Shown here: in pieces, positions 26,018 to 40,184 of the stretch
Layout: each line of letters opens with the position of its first letter
Numbering within the stretch: position 1 is the first letter of the stretch
Source of the DNA: Hydrolagus affinis
Taxonomy: Eukaryota
Assembly: GCA_012026655.1 (NCBI GenBank)
Contig: JAAILG010000190.1
Span: 62,001-126,000, forward strand
Direction: 5' to 3'
Length of the DNA stretch: 64,000 nt
The notes under the pieces: generated by a model
What the model was told of the DNA's origin: nothing
Database searches by the model: none
Seen by the model: only the letters and a program-made list of their open reading frames with translations
Translations under genes and position numbers: made by a program

Positions 26018-29000
26018 CTCGTATTGGAGCAGATTAAGGCCTTCTGACTGTAAAATACAGTCCACAGTTTAATGAAGATAGCGAAGAAGCACCCTAGAAC
26101 CTCCCTTTTTAAGTAAGCAATAGTACAGGTTGTTTTGTCAAATCTTCCTGAAATAATATTTAAAACTTCTTCAAAGTTTAAAAGAAAGTGCCACATTTCT
26201 CACGCCAGAATTGTATGGATTGAGGGGGAGCGCAAATTCAATTATACAAAAAGAACTTTGATGGTTTGATAGATAGGAAATTAATGAAGTCACTAAATGC
26301 CATAACAGATACCATCTCCAAAGTGTAAATCATTTAAAGATCCGCAAATAGCAAAGTATACAACTTTTATTACAAACATACTTCTCTTTGCCTCAGACAG
26401 ATTTATTAAAGCACTGTTCTGCTTTGATAAATCTCGATATACAGTACTAAAAATTCTGACATGAATCCTTGCAAGTAGACTTTGATCATGTCCATTATTT
26501 GTTTCTAACAGTACTCTAATTCCTTAAGATTCTTACAATTGAAATTCTTACAATCAATGCTTCTCTCCTTGAACAAAGGGTTGGCTATTTTAAAACAATT
26601 ATGGACCCTTCTGAAATCAGCACTGAGACAAGAGTGTGATCACTGATTATTGGTCCTCTTTAGTCGCAGTTAGACACACAGTGCTCACTCTCACTACATC
26701 TGATTACTTCCTGAGCTTGCTAATCAGTATTCGGTTCCTCACTCATCTCGGCTGCCTTCCCATTTCTTCAGTCAGTCTTTATAAATGACATGACTTTGCT
26801 AAAGTTGGGTCCACTGACGATTCCCGTACTTGTCAATCACATCATGGTTTGCTACTGTCGTGAATCCAAAAATTGCCGTTTATACTTCTTTATATGAGGC
26901 AGCATCACAAAACTAAGACGGATGACTCAGGGATGTGATGTGGTAGTTGATGGATACACAGAAATATTTGGGAGTGAGCGAATCAGAAATTTCCAATCGC
27001 ATAAATGTATCATCAAACAGCCTTGGTTTAGCAAATGTATGTAATCCTGTCTTTCTCCTATCTTGTGCAGGCAAACAATTTTTTTAAAAAAAATAGCACT
27101 ACCAGGCACAATATTCTACAGGAAAGAGAAGTATGTGAGGTTTTGTCTGTGGATCTGAACAGACTTTTTTTTCAATGGATCCACTTGTAATTCCAACAGC
27201 TCTCATGATTCTGGGAATAAAAAATAGCCTCACTTGCTAATGAACCTTTAGCTATTGCTCCAGTATTAAATGCGTATAGGCTGTTCCAAAAGCATAGAGC
27301 GGGTTGGGGTAGTCCAACCTTTTGGCTGCTGAGAGCTGGATGCCCTATTTGTAACACCTCTGCAGGCCTCATAAGCAATATTTTTGTTACCCTCCCAGAA
27401 ACATAACATTTACAGGTTATGGAGGGGAGTGGATGGGCCAGATGACAGTGGGTGGGGTGGGGGGTAGGAAATGGATGAAATTAGCCCACTGGTCCGAACT
27501 ATGCTGAATGGAGAAGCAAGAGTTGGGGTTTTGCTTGGTAAACTGCACTACAATATTCCATGAGATTACTAATGCTATAAAGTAGTGCTTCTTCACCATT
27601 TTTACTCCTGTAACATTCTTACATTCATTTGTCCCATTGTAGAGCAAGTACAATTACCAAGGTAAGGAACTGAATGTGACTGAAGACAATTTGCAATTCC
27701 TAAGGCAGGGTAACGCGCGTAACATCACAGTCAGTCTTTCTCAACCAATTTATTGACTTGATCTTTTCGGCACTACAGTTAATGCGCTGCATATCTGCAT
27801 TCAGTTCAGTTCTATCTAAATTTGCCTGAAGCAGTGTCATCAGTGAAGAAAATGTCAATTTGACGAATTCCATTTGGTCACTGTTGAATAAAAGAGACAA
27901 TGTAGTGTTGCATATTTGCTTTAACTACATAAGTGGCAATTGATAAAGGATGATGCAACTTTCAAGAGATTCTGGGAAGAGTGACTTGCAGATTTTGAAA
28001 GAGAGTATGAAAGAGGTTGATTTGAAAGAAGTTGAATTGCAGTTTGCATTAAAGATTTGAGTGAATCTACATTGCATTTTGTGGATTAAATAACATTATA
28101 TGTAGGACTAAATGTGTTTTCCTATGGGGCCCTGTCCTAGGGTGTAATAAGGTAACAAATATACATTTATCATAACCCAATAGAAATTGTGCCGACTGAG
28201 GAAAATATTCCACAAGAGCTAAACTGATGAACAGATGTTAGGTTTTTGTTACTGATGCTGCAACTTCTCTTTGGTTTCAATATGTTTTGAGACAATCGGC
28301 TGAAAGGAAATGGACCTGCAATTATTGGGGCTGTTTTCATTCTTGCCTCAATAAGTACAATGGGCTAGACACTTCACATCCCATCCCTTGTAGTGACTTC
28401 AACAAACATGCTTTTACTTCACTAGATTTTCATTCTGGAACCTGCTGCGGAGATGGGCTTCCTAGTGTTTATGATCTTTCCCCAAAGCATTGTGCTACAT
28501 ATAATGCGGCAGCACATCTTTCATTGAACCAGGATTCTGTGCAATGTTTAGCTACTTACCCAGGATATGGTAATAATCGGTTTTCGCCTCAGGCCAGATA
28601 AAATGTGAAACTCTTGATTTGTAAAGACATGAACCACATATAGTATAATGTTGCTCTGTACTGCTCCATCAACGAAACCTAGCTAAATCATATAATCAAA
28701 GCATCAGACTTGTGTGATTTGACTGAAAGCCAAGTATTCAACCAACTAAGTTACTAGCTTCTACCCTTCAGTAAATACGGAGAAGATGCTTTCGGTTAGA
28801 ATTATTCAAATGTTGTCCTCAGTGTTATCAAGCAAATGACAAACATACGGAAAACTAACAGCAGAACAACATAACCTTAATGTGGTTATAACCGTTTTTC
28901 ATGAACACAATAGTTTGATGACGCGTTCGACAATCTGCTGCATAACCAACCCAGAGGAAACCTGACGAAAATACAAATTGTCTGACTTTTCAAGCTGCCT

Positions 29001-32000
29001 ACTGCAAACTTTTGTTTTGCAGAACAAAAAGTACTGTTTCAGCTTCTGGTGAAACGGAATTCATGTTAAAATTCTACCTGAGGATGTTCTTGGTGCACTG
29101 TTCCTGACTCATTTTAGGTAATGCTAATTTGCTACCCTGATCTGTGCCATCGTAACAGAGTAACTAGAAAATCAATCTTTTCTATGCTTTTTCTTTCTTT
29201 GTTACAATACCACTGATGACGGAGGTTCTGCTTCTGTTCCAAACTATTGCGTAATTCATTGCGATTGGGCCATAATGGAAATGTAGCACTTGGGAGTAGT
29301 ATAGATGGTTGTATTCAAACGAAATACAATGCATTTAAGATGACTGTGAATCCAGACATTCTCCTCAACTTTCTGCGTATGTAATCGAAGGCCAACAAGA
29401 GCCACTTCCAATAACTTTACATTCACAGGCAAACTGTATTTTATGTGAACTTGCTCCTTAGCAAGATGCTTATAACTGGGTTGTCTTAATTAACTTTGTT
29501 TTAAAATTTAAAAATATTCAACTGATGAAAACTATTCACTGCTGGATGGTAGGATGATTGATACCCCCAACAAAATCCCTGTAGCTACAGCACAACTTGA
29601 AAACAAAACACCACTAAAGTACTCCAGCCAGTTAGAGTGTTCAATTTTCCTCTGAACAATGAGTCAAAGAACTGAAATGTCTTTATTTTGGGGAGAAAAC
29701 GTTTTGTGATAAATTCATTCTCGCTAGAATACTGCAGTACATCATTGCTTAATGGCTTTAATGATGAATCAAATCAATTCCCACTTCAGACGACAATAAT
29801 AATGCTTCTGAGTCTGACAAATTCTTGCTTTCCTCTCAACAAACCAAATTGGATTTAAGTTAAAAACTCTTTCAGAATACTCATAAATAATGAGAGATTT
29901 TCTTCAAATGCAATTATGCTGCAAATATCATTTACAACTCTGTAATTTTTTTCATTTTCAACTACTTAATTAAGGAAGACTGCATCCTAAAGGTATTGAT
30001 AGTCTGTCAGATCAAATCCATTTAATTTCTGTCTTTTGGTTTGTAATGTTGTGAAGCTAATGTGATCACCAGCTGCTGCATCACTTCACAGCTCAATATC
30101 TGTAGATTTATCTTACTCTCTGCACTTGTATAGTTCAAATTAACCTCTGGTGAACAAGATTAGTATCATTTGTTTATAGCAGTGTGGTGAAATAATTAAG
30201 ATGAAATCCAAACTTGGGTTTAAAAAAGAAAATAAAGCTGATAGGTAAACTGGTCGAATATGAAGTGAATGAGGTTGGTCCTTATAGTGCAGGGTATTGA
30301 ATAGAGAAGAAAAAAGTGACAAAAACCCATTAAAACTCAGTTCTAGGTCAAAGATGTGCTGAGGTGAATGAATTATAATAATACTTGCATTTGATTTAGC
30401 GCCATATCAGTGTTGAGACGCTCTTCACAGCATATATTGTAAATGTTATAAGTACAGTGTACAGTATTGCAAATTATACACTCTCTTCAAATGTGCACCA
30501 AGTATGAAAAATGCAATCATTCAACCAGCCACCTTTGGATGCTTATACACAAGCTGGGGTTAAGTACATGTTCAATTTAATTCCACCAGACAGTGGGTGC
30601 AATGCAGTGGCTTGTACTTGGCGCATGAGGTTGAGTGTGATTGATTTGATAAACAGGAGTTATTGAGTTTTAACAATCGATCACCTTCCCGGTCTCGCCC
30701 GTTGCAGAGCAGTCCATCATTCCTGCCACTCACTAAGGTTATGCTTTCCCTCATTCTTGTGTTTCACAGTCAGCTCTGTCACAGTTGATACCCATGAAGA
30801 ACTGCATAGCAACTGGAGTAATCCATAGGTGGTAACTATGCTGGTTTTTTCACAGCTGTTCCTTCTACAATTCTAGTTCAAACGGACTCAAGTTAAATCA
30901 ACAACACAAAGTCCTTCAGTTTCCAGTGATCAATATGAAGGATATTTGAAAGGCATCTGTGAGAACCTGCGAGGACTTTTATTTATCTACATGTGTGAAA
31001 GATAGCTCTTCTCCTCCATTTTATTGAAAAATGAGTTGAGTACAACACTTGGATCTGCTGCGCTGTAGGTATTTGGAAGATTAACATTCCCTGTCATTCA
31101 CACCACAGTAGCTCACTCATATATTTTGAGATGAATTTATCCGGAGAGCTATTACATAAACTGTAGCATCCCTCCTAACTAGCAGCTGTGAAAATATTTT
31201 TATAGGCCATCTAAGTGCAGCAGTAACGTAAATTAACAGCAAATGAAAAATAACAAAGTCCGAGCACACTTTTACATGCTATGTAGCTCCGGACAAGATC
31301 AGCTGGTATATAATGGGAGAGATCTCTCAAGCACCAAGAGACTGTAAATGCAGTTACTTGCTGCTAATGGCTGTGGTGGGTTGGTGAAGGTTTGGGTGGG
31401 ACACTTTGGTGTTGCACTGATTTTGTTCAGACTAGATGAAATGTGAATGATGCACTATGCATCCTTACTAGACCTGCATTGCATGTGCCCCATTTGATTG
31501 TTTCACTTTTCCTGAACAACACCAGTGGACATTCATTTTGCTAATTGTTAAACTGTGATTAGTTTAAAGCTGCAGCCATGACCTTCGACTTTATAAAGAG
31601 AACTCAAGAGATCGTGGCTTGCTTTTGAAGCAAGCAAATGAAGTGTCCTTGACCAGTTGAAGGTCAAGTCTGCATTGTTTTGCATAAGAAGTGTTGGGTT
31701 GTTCTGTATAGCTCAGTTATAATTGTACTTGTCCAGTTCAATCTTGCACTAAAACCCAACTATTAGGTAATCTGTTGAGGGTATTTGGAACAAAAGTGTG
31801 AATAGAGTAAACATGCCTGAGGTTCTTCTGAGGAGAATATGAAAGGTATATGTTGGGCTTTCATTTCACGTAAGACAACTTTCGTTTTTAGGCATTTGTA
31901 AATTGGAATTATTTTCATGCCTTTGGATTTGATTTGCTAGATTTAGGTAATAATCCTTGAGGAGGTTCTTGTCCGCTTATTTAAAAAACATGTTTATTCT

Positions 32001-32372
32001 CTCCACATTGCTTGCTTACAGACAAAAAAGTGGTCATTCATTTCATGGTGATTTGTGGGGCATTGTACGCAAATTGGCTGCTGGGTTTGCCTACAAAATC
32101 CACAGTTACGATGGTAAATACACTAAATCCTGTGAAGTGCTTTGAGATATCCCTCTGACGTGAAAGGTGCTATACCAAGTACAAGTGGTTATTATTATTT
32201 ACCATAAATGGTAAATATTGCTGACCATAAGAAACTGTATGTCATCAGAGGCATATTTTTGCAATGTATTCTGAAAATATTTATGAAATAAAAATACTAA
32301 TACTTTTGAAAGTAAAGTAAATGTGTAAATGGAGTTGATTACTTAATTGTATGCTTTGTCAACAACAATTAC

Positions 32373-32591
32373 CTGGCATTGCATGAATAAGATCTCCACA
32401 CAATAGAAAGAACTTGGGTTTAGATGTTAGTTTGTTGACAGCCTGCACTGCCTGCTCAGTGAGTTGGATCTCTGCCTTCCATTCATCACCTCCGTTATCA
32501 CAGTCCCCAACATCCCACGCTTTCATGAGGCCAAACTGTGGATCAGCTCCTTGAATAAAATAGAAAGGTCCCTTCCATTCACTTTCTTCCT
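32373..32591 (-). CDS. CPPED1: CPPED1 coding exon 2 (219 nt): [74 protein letters not shown]
   Basis: Manual translation (not in the ORF track). Acceptor tctttctcttgtttcgtag|AG, donor CCAG|gtaatt. Contains metallophosphoesterase motifs GADPQFG and CGDLIH and closely matches vertebrate CPPED1. Confidence 0.97.
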
Positions 32592-34825
32592 CTACGAAAC
32601 AAGAGAAAGATAGAATAAATTAGCAGAGGTACAACATTCACAATGAGAACAATTGACTGTGCTGATTAAGACTCTGTCTTTTAACGCATCAGAATCAGGG
32701 GGAGCAAGTGGCAAAGGTGAGGATGAGCCCAGCATACAGCAAAGATAGGATCAAAGACACGAAGGTGATGTAAGAGGAAAATATTGAAACCTCTATTATT
32801 TTTACCAATGAATGAAATCCCAAGGTTCAAGTGCAGGATCCTGACACTGAAGAACTCGAGAACAGGAGCCCGAGTATGAACCCTAAATTAATTGGAAAAT
32901 GTAAAAATAGATGCTGGTTCTTGTGCTCAAGGTGAGGGATGTCGGTGCTGCGGAATAGAACTATTCTTTTCCTGCTTTTGGCACTTGTCAGCATTAGGTT
33001 AGGTCGAGCATAAGTAGATGCAGAGTGTTAAAACTCCTTCGGCTTAAGCATCACCAAGATACTTTAATCGGAGTGGGGGGGGGGGGGGAGGAAATGTCTA
33101 AAGAGTGAATGAAAGAATGGGAATATTTTCTGCTTAAGTAATACCCTAGCAATAGGAAGAGTATAAAATACATAAGCTTGTTTTTTTTTAATAAACTAAA
33201 TTAAACTAGAATTCCCTGATTGTTGCGGTCTTGCTTTCACCTTGGACAGGCTGCTGAAGTTACAGCTCTGATGGAGGGAAGCCCAGTGTCTTAGTGCGGC
33301 TTCATTTATTACTACTACTCCCACCAATAATAATGGTCCTTGTATTTTATGTAGCACCTGATCACTCCTTCGAGACATTTCAAAGCGCTTCACAGTATAC
33401 ACTGTAAAGTGCACTGTCTGTATAGTTTGTGAGCGAAACAATAATGTAGCTGTCAGGAGCTTTGTACTGGCCAGGAAGTCCAAGCAAAGCCTCCTGACAC
33501 GGGAAAGCATTGTATTTCACCTCTGGGGTCACTTCTATTCATCAGCATTCAGATAAAGTGCTTAGAAAAAATAATGATGTATGATTTAAACTTTTTTTTC
33601 CTGTATAGCTTCTCAACTCAATATAAAGCCTCAGTACTGTATCTTGGTCCTTTCACCCAGTACAACTATAGAATTTGTCTGTAGTGTTGACCTCAAATGA
33701 CATCAATTTAGAAATTAAACCAAGAGAAGAAGCTCATTATTGTTCGTGACTCGTTTTGCACATCTGAAAGTTTTGAAATACTGAAATAGGTGTATTCATG
33801 CAGTTTTTAGTCCTTTATTTGGAATAGGAAGTTATGACAAATACTGTAATCTATTTAAATGTTGTTGATTTATTAATGTAATTTTAATGACAAGTGCACT
33901 TCAACCCTTGGATCGCAATAACACACCAATGACAATCTTGGTCACACAAAATGGAATTATTTCAAGATTAGCACTTCTAAAAGGTCCATTGCTGTAAAGC
34001 AGCTGTTCAAATCTCTACTAATGCAGGCAAATAACTTTTAAACAGTACAACTTTAGAAATACGGTATATTATGAATTCTGATCTTTTAACCATTATCATA
34101 TCCAACAAGAATCTATGGTAAATAAAAGAGATTCAGTATATCCAGTAAACCTGGGCAATCAGATGGAACAGATTAAAGATGAGAATACTTCTCTGACCAA
34201 CAAGTTAAGCATTTTAATAGCTAATTAAATATTTATCGTTGACTTTTGGAAAAGTTGTCCCTGTTGTCCTAATGATTTATGATATCCCTTTCAAACTACA
34301 TCAAATGTCAACTAAACACATTTTAAACATCAGTTCAACGCTGAAAATGTAGGTATAAAAGCAGATTCCAATATGCAGCCTGAGATTGGTTTTGGTTTCT
34401 GGGCAGATGCACAGCCTCTATCAAGACACAATTGAGGCAACATTGGTTCTGCACCCTGCTGTTGTCATTGGTTCTGCATCCCTGCTTCCTGCTGTTAGCA
34501 TTATCAAAGGATTTTATCCAAACTACTGTATGTTCATGAGTTGCAATGCATCAAATATTGCAGCCTGTGTCTACAAAGACAAAGGAATCATTTAACCAAC
34601 TGCGCACTGAATGGGTTTATAAATCTTGTATATTGTATATTACTAAAAGCGATGTCCCTTGGGTTCCCACAATATAAAAAAGGCAAAATTACGGATTGGC
34701 AAGGCATAAAACGCACCATTCAGCTCAACTAGTCCATGCCAGTATTTACACTCCACATCTCTTGATCCCATCCCCTATACTCCTCTCTTTGTCATGTATG
34801 CATCAAGTTTACTTTTGAATATGAT

Positions 34826-35088
34826 ATAATAAATAATCCTTGCATTTGATATAGCGCTTTTCAGGTCTTCTAGACGTCTCAAAGCGTTTCACAAAATATA
34901 GTGTAAAGTGAATTGACTGTATATTTGTTTGTGAAATGCAGCAGCCAATTGCGCATAGCAGTGTCCCACAAACAATCGTGGATTGAAATGACCAATTTAT
35001 TATTATTTTTTCTTGAGGGATTATTATCAGGTCTGCGGAATAAGGAAACTTGCCCAAGGTTTTGCACTTCTTGGAATCGAACCCAGGT
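34826..35088 (-). mobile_element. Family A SINE, 5' truncated after the B-box
   Basis: Reverse complement of tail and body through GGAATCGAACCCAGGTC. Confidence 0.88.
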
Positions 35089-36394
35089 CATTTGGTTAGT
35101 CTTTAAATGGCTGCTGGGATCACAGGATGTAAAAACACAAACTTCAGAAGTCAAACCATACATTTATACAGTTTAGCACCTTTAACGTTAGGAAGATGTC
35201 TCATGAATTAGCTCAATAAGGAAATGGAGGTAATCAATGCTACAAAACCACCAACAGTAAAATTCAGGTGGAATATCTAGAAATGTGGAACAGAAGAACT
35301 GAAAGATATAGAATATGCATCATTAAATGATAAAGTGGTGTGTGGTTAGACTTCAGCAAAACTCAGGTGACTAAATAAACATTAACATCATATCCTTAGA
35401 TTCAATCTGAACCTATCAAATGTGGCAAGAGTGTTGTAATATTTGCATGACAAGTTATGTTTAGTGGAACAAACTTGTTGGGTTAAGTGAAATTAATTCC
35501 ACAAACTCGTCTACCCAATGGATAATCGGCCTTTATCAGTTGTGCACAGCACATTAAAGATGTGATTACTCAGAGGTGTTGGTTATAAAATTAGATTTAA
35601 AAAAACATAAGATATAAGGGGTAATGTATAGGATTACATTAATGATACCAAACAAAGCCTGCTTGGGAGTTTATTGAATGAATCAGAGCTCAAATTACGA
35701 TTACTTCTTTATCATCATCCTCACATTTGATATGGTGCTTTTCAAATCTTCTAGATGTCTCAAAGAATTTCACAGAATACACTGTACTGACTGTATATTT
35801 GTGGGCGAAATGTGGCAGCCAATCTTTGCCTCAAGCACTGACAGGAATTTTTTTAATTTAGCTTATTGAGGAATTATTCATTTGTTTAACTCATACAGAT
35901 TTATAATGTAGTATAAATACAAGTCAATTCCATAAAATATGTTACTGAATCATACTATTTGATGAAAGCATCATTGCATCTGCATACAGAATTAAAGAAG
36001 CAAAGATTTGACTGATATTTATATTTTCTGTTCTCCAAGGAAATAAGTTCTGCATTTTTTCCTCCTTGTTAACACATTCCTTGAATGTGTTACTGTTTGA
36101 TTTTTGCATGCCTGTTCCCATGGGAAATGTTCTGTTATGAAATAAAATAATGTTTCAAAGGAGTTATTTAACTGTGAATACATTTTAGATCAATCTCACT
36201 AAATCAGATCTAACTCAGTTTTTTTTTAAAAAGCATGTTTGAGAGAGCGAAACAAATCTGGCTCAGACACAAATGGATGTAATTTATGGTAAACTAGATG
36301 CTTTATATAATAATAATATTTCTTGTAATTGATAATTCTTATTGTTATATACATAATTATTTATTATATAAAGATTATTATGTACCTGAAATAA

Positions 36395-36730
36395 ATAGCC
36401 TTACCACATCATTGAGACATTTCAAAGTTCTTCATGGGATAAACAATACTGTGCGTTTTGTGTGCAGCAGCCAGTTTGCACCAAGCAATGTGCCCTTAAC
36501 AGCCATGGAGTAACTGACCATTTCTTTGATTTGTAGCATGTTGGCCAGAACATCAGGAGAGAGAAATTCTCTTTTTTTGAATAGAACCATGGTATCTTTA
36601 ATTTGGTTTAACGGCTCATTCAAAGGGTGAATATACAAAAAACTGTAAATTTACTTTGCATTGTATAGATATTCACATCCTTGAGGTTAATCTTGTCTCC
36701 CTCATTGGTGCAGCAGCTTTTGACACGACT
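36395..36730 (-). mobile_element. Old Deu-domain SINE fragment
   Basis: TTGGCCAGAACATCAGGAGA..TTTGAATAGAACCATGGTATCTTTA..GGTTTAACGGCTCATTC is the reverse complement of Deu-like sequence. Confidence 0.6.
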
Positions 36731-37764
36731 ATTGTTGAAATAGGTTGTATTCATCTCTTTAATATGTGGGTGACACATGTTGTTAAGAGAGTTAGTAGAT
36801 ATTGAAAGCATAGCTTAGAAACTGCAGATCTGTAATGAAGTACTTCATATGTGCTTCAAATAGAACATATAAAGTACTTCAAAACTTCCTTTGAAGAAAA
36901 GATCCTTCCCTCTCACCAGCCATCCACAATTTGTTACTGACTTGAGAATTCAATTTTTGTCTCTGTTAAGGATGATGACAGAAATTTATTTCAAAAGACA
37001 CCATTCTGATTTGTGACTTCAAATACAACTTTGAGGAATAATAATCCCTGGCCTTAATATACTATAAATTTAATAAACTTTACATTTAATATAATTATAA
37101 CATTTATAATAGTTCTTGTTTATGATATAGGACCAATACTAACTAAACATCTCAAACAAATAATTGTTGTCACTACATTTATGGGCAAACAATGGGCATA
37201 TAATGAATTACTTTGAAGTGTAGTTACTGTATTCTAGGCAAACACAAGTGAAAATCTGTATGAGCAAGGTTCCATAAACTGCAATGAAATGTATGGCTCA
37301 GGATACAGCATGCTGGCAATACAGTAACTACACTTCAACCCAAAAATATGGCTGTGCTCTTGCAGTTGCTTATACAGTAGCTTCATTCAGGTATTTTTCT
37401 TACAAACCAGATTAATCTGAGGTCTGTTTCTGATCTATAACCCCTGAGTAACTGAAAATAGTCCAATATAGACATGTAATCATAATATTTATCATCCAAG
37501 ATCAAATCAACTTTCATTCTTCTTGAAGAGATGACTAGCACAGCATTTGGCAGCATTTCCTACATACTGTACCAAACAAAATTAATAATACCAATGACCA
37601 AGCTTCTCAGACCACTTTTCCTGCCTGTTCAATTTTCTACCAAACAGCATAGCATGTTTCCATCATCATTCTTTCCATTTCCCACAAGTAAAATTGCAGA
37701 ATTCATCACTTGCAGCTAATCCAGATATAGTGCAGGACACATTAAACTATAGTTAATTTCTGCT

Positions 37765-38055
37765 ATTATAATCCTTACATTTGATATGGAGCCTTAGCAA
37801 GTCCTCTAGATGTCTAAAAGTACTTAACAGAGTATACAGTAAAGTGAATTGACTATATTTTGGGTGAATAATAATAAAAATTGGTCATTTTAAATCCACG
37901 ACTGTTTGTGGGACACTGCTGTGTGCAATTGGCTGCCACATTTCACCCACAAATATACCGTCAATTCACTTTACAGTAAATTCTTTGATGCGCTTTGAGA
38001 CGTTGATACAATGTAAAAAAAAGCTATATCAAATGCAAGATTATTATATTATTAA
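37765..38055. mobile_element. Inverted pair of family A SINE 3' fragments (minus 37765-37868, plus 37869-38055)
   Basis: Two tails in opposite orientation directly adjacent. Confidence 0.8.
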
Positions 38056-38663
38056 TTAGTATCCACAAACATCTTCTCTCAAATCTTTGTTTGCTTGCAT
38101 CTACCATTTAGACAAATATAGTGAAACATCTGTCCCTGTTACACTTGTCTTTAGCTATGTCCTGTTATTTGCCACTAACTGTACAAAATAAATTTGACAG
38201 AGCTGTCAAACCTCTTTCCAGAAAAAAACATTTTCTACATTGAAAAAACCCAATGGGTTTTGAATCTCTTGCTTTTACTGTGATTTTGAAAATAAATCTG
38301 TCAGACTAGATGTTAGTTAGCATTGCTGTATTCAATAACAAAATTCAGGCTAGATGCATTTTGTATATTTATTACACGTAGACCACATTAAGAATGACAA
38401 TTACTTATTTTCGCTAACCCAAATAGTATTTGGTGAATGCTCCTGAAAAAAAAACACATCACTCAATTGGTTTTAGCAGAGCTGCATGCAGTCTGTGTCA
38501 CTCTTTCCAATCTTGTAATTTTCAAAGTAATGTTGACAACCCTTGAAAGTGCCATTTGTTTAAAAAAAAGCCTGAAAACAATTCTCCTTATAGATTTCTC
38601 CTCCCTCCACATTCCTTAAGGGAGTGACGGATGCAACTGTGTGTATAAATAAGAGTAAACAAT

Positions 38664-38952
38664 ATAATAATTCTTGCATTTGATATAGCGCTTTTCATGT
38701 CTTCTAGACGTCTCAAAGCGCTTCACAGAATATACTGTAAACTGAATTGATTGTAGTTTTTGTGAGCGAAATGCGGTAGCCAATTTTGCACAGCAGCGTC
38801 CCACTAACAGTCATGGATTGAAATTATCAATTTTTTTGAGGAATTACTATCAGGTGTGTGGAGTAAGGCAACTTGCCCAAGGTTTCGGCCTGCCTGGAAT
38901 CAAATCCAGGTCCCTCGCTTGCACGTCCAACCACTGAACTACAGGACTCCAC
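38664..38952 (-). mobile_element. Full-length family A SINE in CPPED1 intron 1
   Basis: Complete reverse-complement tail, body and head. Confidence 0.88.
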
Positions 38953-39579
38953 AAAGTAGGGAGTAGGAAGGAAGCAGGAAGGAGTGGATTTAGTCTGCTC
39001 CTGGGTCTCCCAGCAGAAATAAAACACCCTAACATTTTCCGGTTTTGGTGGATGGAGCTGGGGAGAAAGGAAAGAAGAGTTGAGGGAAAGAAAGTTGTAT
39101 TGCAAGGGCTCCTGAAGCAAAGTTGACAGCACCATGTTACAAAGAATACTGCACGTTACGTGTGCGTTTGCCCATAAACGCGTAGTCACCCCACTTCGCA
39201 GTTAATAATATTCCTTGCGTTTGATATGGACACCTTCTCACTTGGTCGTGACATCTCCAAACACTTCACAGAATATATAGTACTGTACTGTAATCCCGTT
39301 AAGTGCTTTAGGACTTCCTCCCGACGCGAAAGGCTGCTAGAGACAGCAAACAAATGTAAGGATTACAATAACAATTATTATTATTATTGTGTCATTCTGC
39401 CAAAGATTGGTAAGAGTGAGGAAGTAGCTTTTTTTTCTCTCACTTTCTTTACCCTCCACCCCTTCTGTTTTTGTATGTCAAGAGGTTGAAAGGCGAGTTA
39501 AGTGAAGAGATTGAGCAGAAAGTTAAAACTCCTACTCACACTCGCTCACTCTGGGCTGGGCAGTCCGACACTCCCACCC

Positions 39580-39867
39580 TCCTTATCTCTCTTCCCTTCC
39601 TTCCCTGTCCCTCTCCCCTTCCTTCCCTCCCTCCCACTTCCCACTCACCTTGCCACCCTCCTTCCCTTCCTCCTTCATTCCTTTTCTCCCTCCTTTCTTC
39701 CTTCCCTCCCTCTCTTCCCTTCCCTCCCTCCTTCCTTTCCTCCTTCATTCCTTTTCTCCCTCCTTCCGTCCTTTCTTCCTTCATTCCCTTTCTCCCTCTC
39801 TCCCTCCCTCCTTTCTTCCTTCCCATTTCCCACTTACCTTCTCTCCCTCCTTCATTCCTTTTCTCCC
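39580..39867. repeat. Polypyrimidine (CCTT/CCCT/TTCATTCCTTTTCTCCC) low-complexity tract at the start of intron 1
   Basis: Almost pure C/T tract running into an N-gap. Confidence 0.95.
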
Positions 39868-39996
39868 NNNNNNNNNNNNNNNNNNNNNNNNNNNNNNNNN
39901 NNNNNNNNNNNNNNNNNNNNNNNNNNNNNNNNNNNNNNNNNNNNNNNNNNNNNNNNNNNNNNNNNNNNNNNNNNNNNNNNNNNNNNNNNNNNNNNN
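39868..39996. other. Assembly gap (129 N)
   Basis: Run of N. Confidence 1.
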
Positions 39997-40170
39997 CGGT
40001 CGCCATGACCTTGACCTGACCTGCAGTCAGTCCCGCGAAGCCTCTGTCCCGGGCTCTGAGGAAAACCTGGTGATCGCCAGGCACTGTCATGGCCGCCATC
40101 GCCACCTTCCTCTCCCTGCTCCCGCCCCGCCCCTGCTCTGTGCCGCGGGTAACCCTTCCCGCCCTCAGCC
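39997..40170 (-). promoter_or_regulatory. CpG/GC-rich promoter and 5' region of CPPED1 with tandem GC boxes
   Basis: Local CpG enrichment in an AT-rich window. CCCGCCCCGCCCC at 40121-40133 (overlapping Sp1-type GGGGCGGGG boxes on minus) lies just upstream of the ATG. Confidence 0.6.
40021..40099 (-). CDS. CPPED1: CPPED1 coding exon 1 (MAAMTVPGDHQVFLRARDRGFAGLTA + 1 nt)
   Basis: VFLRARDRGF resembles the CPPED1 N-terminus (human VFHRARGRTL). ATG at 40099 is in a good Kozak context (GCGATGG), with a second in-frame ATG at 40090. Ends GCAG|GTCAGG in phase 1, compatible with exon 2. Lies in a GC/CpG-rich patch. Confidence 0.9.
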
Positions 40171-40184
40171 CAAGTTCATTCACT

